Assembly (NCBI GenBank): GCA_051294375.1
Contig: CM119265.1
Span: 20,054,509 to 20,118,508, forward strand
Reading direction: 5' to 3'
DNA length: 64,000 nucleotides
From: Paraspadella gotoi
Taxonomy: Eukaryota; Animalia; Chaetognatha
Shown here one piece after another: positions 60,972 through 64,000 of the stretch. The stretch's first letter is position 1. The number at the start of each line of letters is the position of its first letter. Made by a program: the position numbers and the translations under genes. The notes under the pieces are model-generated. The model was not told where the DNA came from, did no database searches, and worked only from the letters and a program-made list of their open reading frames with translations.

Positions 60972-61884
60972 TCAGTCCACGCAATGAACGCCTGTTCCTC
61001 GCATGCTGCAATATCCTCCGGGATTTGTGTACAAGTATTGTTGGTGGTAGTGTTCCGCATAAAAAAAGGGGGTCTCCGCTGCCGGTCGAATCTCCGTCGT
61101 GATCCTGCCCTTGAATTTCTTGTCAAGTTCTTTTTGATACTTGGCTTTTGTCTCCTCAGCTTCACGTAGATGAACCTCCGTGTCGGTATAAATGCACGAC
61201 CTGGGTCGAGTAGCCTAACTTTTAAACTGATCATTCAAAAAAAATATTCACATGTCCAAAACACCTGTATTGCGTTCCTCTGTCGTTTCCTTGCCTCATC
61301 CCCTGAGTAGGGTCGTGCGATTCCCAAAATATTTTTAACAAATCGCGGAAAGAGACTTGGGCCGGTTTAAATACAACGCGGACAACCTCTGCGTGATTGG
61401 TGCTTTCAGAGCAGACTTGGTGATAAGTGGGATTAATGGTATACCCACCGGCATAGCCAACCTGAAGCAATTGACCAAATATTACGCCTTCTGTTCGACT
61501 GATTACATAAATAATGGAAAAAAAATTGCTCACATCACAGTTCCTCTTTCAACGGTTAATGACCATTTTGTTTCTTGAAGTTCAAACCTGCGTGGAGAAA
61601 ACGCCCTCTGTTTGCCAAAACTTGCGCTCGGCACCCCAAAAACAGCCCATGCCGAAAATTACTATCTCTGTATCGTCAGGGAAAGGTTCCCGAGTGGTAG
61701 TTCCAAGGGCTAAATGTTTCTCGGGTACAGTAACAGGGGTAGAATTGTGGGGGTCACACTCCCGGTCGGGGAGGAGATTAGAGTTCCCCATAACTGTCGA
61801 CGAAAGAATGGACAATTTAAACGCTTCTTTTAAAAATGGGGAGATTGTGCTCCCGCTGGAAAAACGACGAAATATAATGCTCAT
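60972..61884 (-). CDS. MSRA: Peptide methionine sulfoxide reductase A; exons 61884-61588, 61461-61265, 61200-60972
   Basis: Catalytic [65 protein letters not shown]. Confidence 0.96.
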
Positions 61885-61891
61885 CTGAAAA
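61885..61891 (-). promoter_or_regulatory. TTTTCAG acceptor directly abutting the MSRA ATG; candidate trans-splice (outron) site
   Basis: Minus strand reads ...tatcgTTTTCAG|ATGAGC, preceded by AT-rich sequence. Confidence 0.55.
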
Positions 61892-62262
61892 CGATACGTA
61901 CAAAGAATTAAATTTTTATATAATTTGCATGAAGTTCTCTGTCAGTGAAAATTGTACAAGCATTGACGCCAATTTTATACAAAAAGTCACAGATGAAATA
62001 AATTTACTAGTAATTTAACGACGCAATAAAATATCAACTTACCATTAATTGGTAAAATAATTGAAAACAATATATGTATTTTATCTTAATATCTTTAAAA
62101 AAAAACACATAATTATAATCAATTAGTAAATTATTCGAGAGATAAATGAAGGAAAACAAAAAAAATTATACAAATTATTAACTTTTTGGAAAATCCTTTG
62201 ATTTTTAATCTTTAAAAGCATCAAGCAATAGCTATATTAATTTATTATTTTTATAGTGGTTG

Positions 62263-63819
62263 TAGGGCAACAGCCGGGTTGCCTGTGATGCCCGTTGGGA
62301 TGGGGCATCTCACTGTTGGCTTTGGGGGCTTCCGACCCTCGGTGACGCCTCCAGTCACTGGCGCGGTTACCCTAGGATGGTCTCGCTTTGCCAACGCAGA
62401 GGGAAGTCATTAGGACTGTGGATGGAACACTACGCCTGGGATGGTGTGTTTCCCCTATGAGCCAATGGAATTGGCTGAAGGATAGTGGACGTGAGGCGTG
62501 TGAAAATACCGCCACAGGATCCCCTGTTAGAACGATGGAGTCGTGCCACACGAGGGGGAGGGCTAGCTAGACCCGGCCCCTCCGACTTCTTAAAGCTGGA
62601 TCTTCTGTTGAGCTTGTAACCAAAAATCCGGGATAAGCCGCGCAACAAGGCGAACGGATCTTGGTAAGGTTTGTCGCCTTACAAGGCCGACCAAGTTCCA
62701 AGCAGCGGCCAAGCCTTTGCTTCGTGGAAAAGCTGGGTTGAAGATCACGGATAAAATATTTTTGTGAAAGGAACAATATAGCTTCACAGTCAAGCTGAAC
62801 CAATGGCTATCATGACAGCGTGACTGCTGATGGACGGGTTGTGGTCACGAATCCACAGTGCCTCAGAATCAACCCGATAGACAATGGGTTAATGAAGCGA
62901 CACTCCAGAGAAAAGAGTGTTTGAACTGTCGACCACTAGGGGTGTTCTCCACACGAAGATGGATAGGACGATGCACCACTGTTGGAGGGTGATTGTTGTG
63001 GGCGATGCCGGCGGGCGCCGGCCGGGCTTGAGAAGCACGAGACCCTCTAACGTATGAACCACAATGTCAGTTAACCACACGGCGGCACGGTCGACCACAA
63101 TGTTGCCCACAGTATAGGATCTGCGAATATGAATACACAAGAGACGGGGACGCCAACTAGATTAGGACACACACTCGAACACGTACTTTCTATGATAATA
63201 AACACGATGCTCACAGAACTGAAAGGGAACAAGTAATGAATGAACAGTGAATATCAATGAATATAAATATGAATATCACATGTCGGAAAGTTCAGAGTCT
63301 TTGGAGATTCCTCTTCACGATTCCGTCTCCATCACCCCGGGCCAAGACATCACTCAGGTTCCTTAAGCCTGAGAGGTGTCTAACAAGACTGTTACCATAG
63401 TGGGAAAGAGAGAGAGCGCGCAAGTTGTGAAGGCATAGGCGTTTGTCGTAGCGTACCCCAGGGGCATAGGCGTTTGTCGTAGCATACCCGAAGTCGGCAG
63501 GGAATAGGCGTTTGTTGTAGCGTACCCTGAGAAGGTTGCGTGTTCGATAGTAGGGCTCATCACTTATGGCAACAGCCGGGTTGCCTGTGATGCCCGTTGG
63601 GATGGGGCATCTCACTGTTGGCTTTGGGGGCTTCCGACCCTCAGTGACGCCTCCAGTCACTGGCGCGGTTACCCTAGGATGGTCTCGCTTTGCCAACGCA
63701 GAGGGAAGTCATTAGGACTGTGGATGGAACACTACGCCTGGGATGGTGTGTTTCCCCTCTGAGCGAATGGATTTGGCTGAAGGATGGTGGACGTGAGTCG
63801 GTGTGAATATACTGCCACA
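62263..63819 (-). mobile_element. Second full TRIM of the 35064 family (LTRs 62263-62516 and 63565-63819) carrying a nested solo LTR
   Basis: TSD GTTG (62259-62 / 63820-23). Same LTR and same internal 3x 27-bp repeat region (63335-63564). Its two LTRs differ more than those of the 35064 copy. Confidence 0.92.
62525..63334 (+). mobile_element. 810-bp solo LTR of an unrelated (probably Ty3/Gypsy) retrotransposon inserted in the TRIM polypurine tract
   Basis: TG...CA termini (TGTTAGAACG...CGTCTCCATCA), 4-bp TSD CCCC/CCCC, AATAAA near 63197. Absent from the 35064 copy, which has a single CCCC here. Confidence 0.8.
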
Positions 63820-64000
63820 GTTGTATCAATTTCATTAAAATATAAATTAAAAAAGAATAATATACAATTTATGGTTCCAAATGGAACCGGGATTCTTCAT
63901 GCATGGTTCTTCCCCACCAACAAAGTGAGCATCTGCTCTGCAAACGCGACATCTCCCGAGAGAAAAACGAAAGAGGAAACCTCCTCTTCCCCGCCTTCTC

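Overview
Eukaryotic (very likely invertebrate animal) genomic DNA with GT-AG introns, (AG)n microsatellites and two 25-N gaps (2096-2120, 19680-19704). The left ~28 kb is indel-rich and contains two gap-flanking duplications: a direct copy (1-2095 = ~7010-9078) and an ~8.2 kb inverted copy (~11175-19370 vs 19705-27896) of most of a synaptotagmin-14/16 gene. It also holds an unidentified low-complexity gene with a 27-bp coding minisatellite. The right part is clean and holds seven minus-strand genes: MSRA, GALK2, POLRMT, UQCC6/BRAWNIN, KCTD7/14-like, NUP88 and HTATSF1. Their stop-to-start gaps are only ~170-310 nt (one of ~810 nt), and several have splice-acceptor-like AG sites just before the ATG, which suggests an SL-trans-spliced operon. 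The window also has six insertions of a clan of miniature LTR retroelements (TRIMs and solo LTRs) with 4-bp TSDs and tRNA-like A/B boxes in the LTR (Helenus-like), nested with a Tc1/mariner MITE, a hAT-type foldback MITE and an unrelated solo LTR. Exon coordinates were read by eye, and family assignments come from recognised motifs, not database searches.
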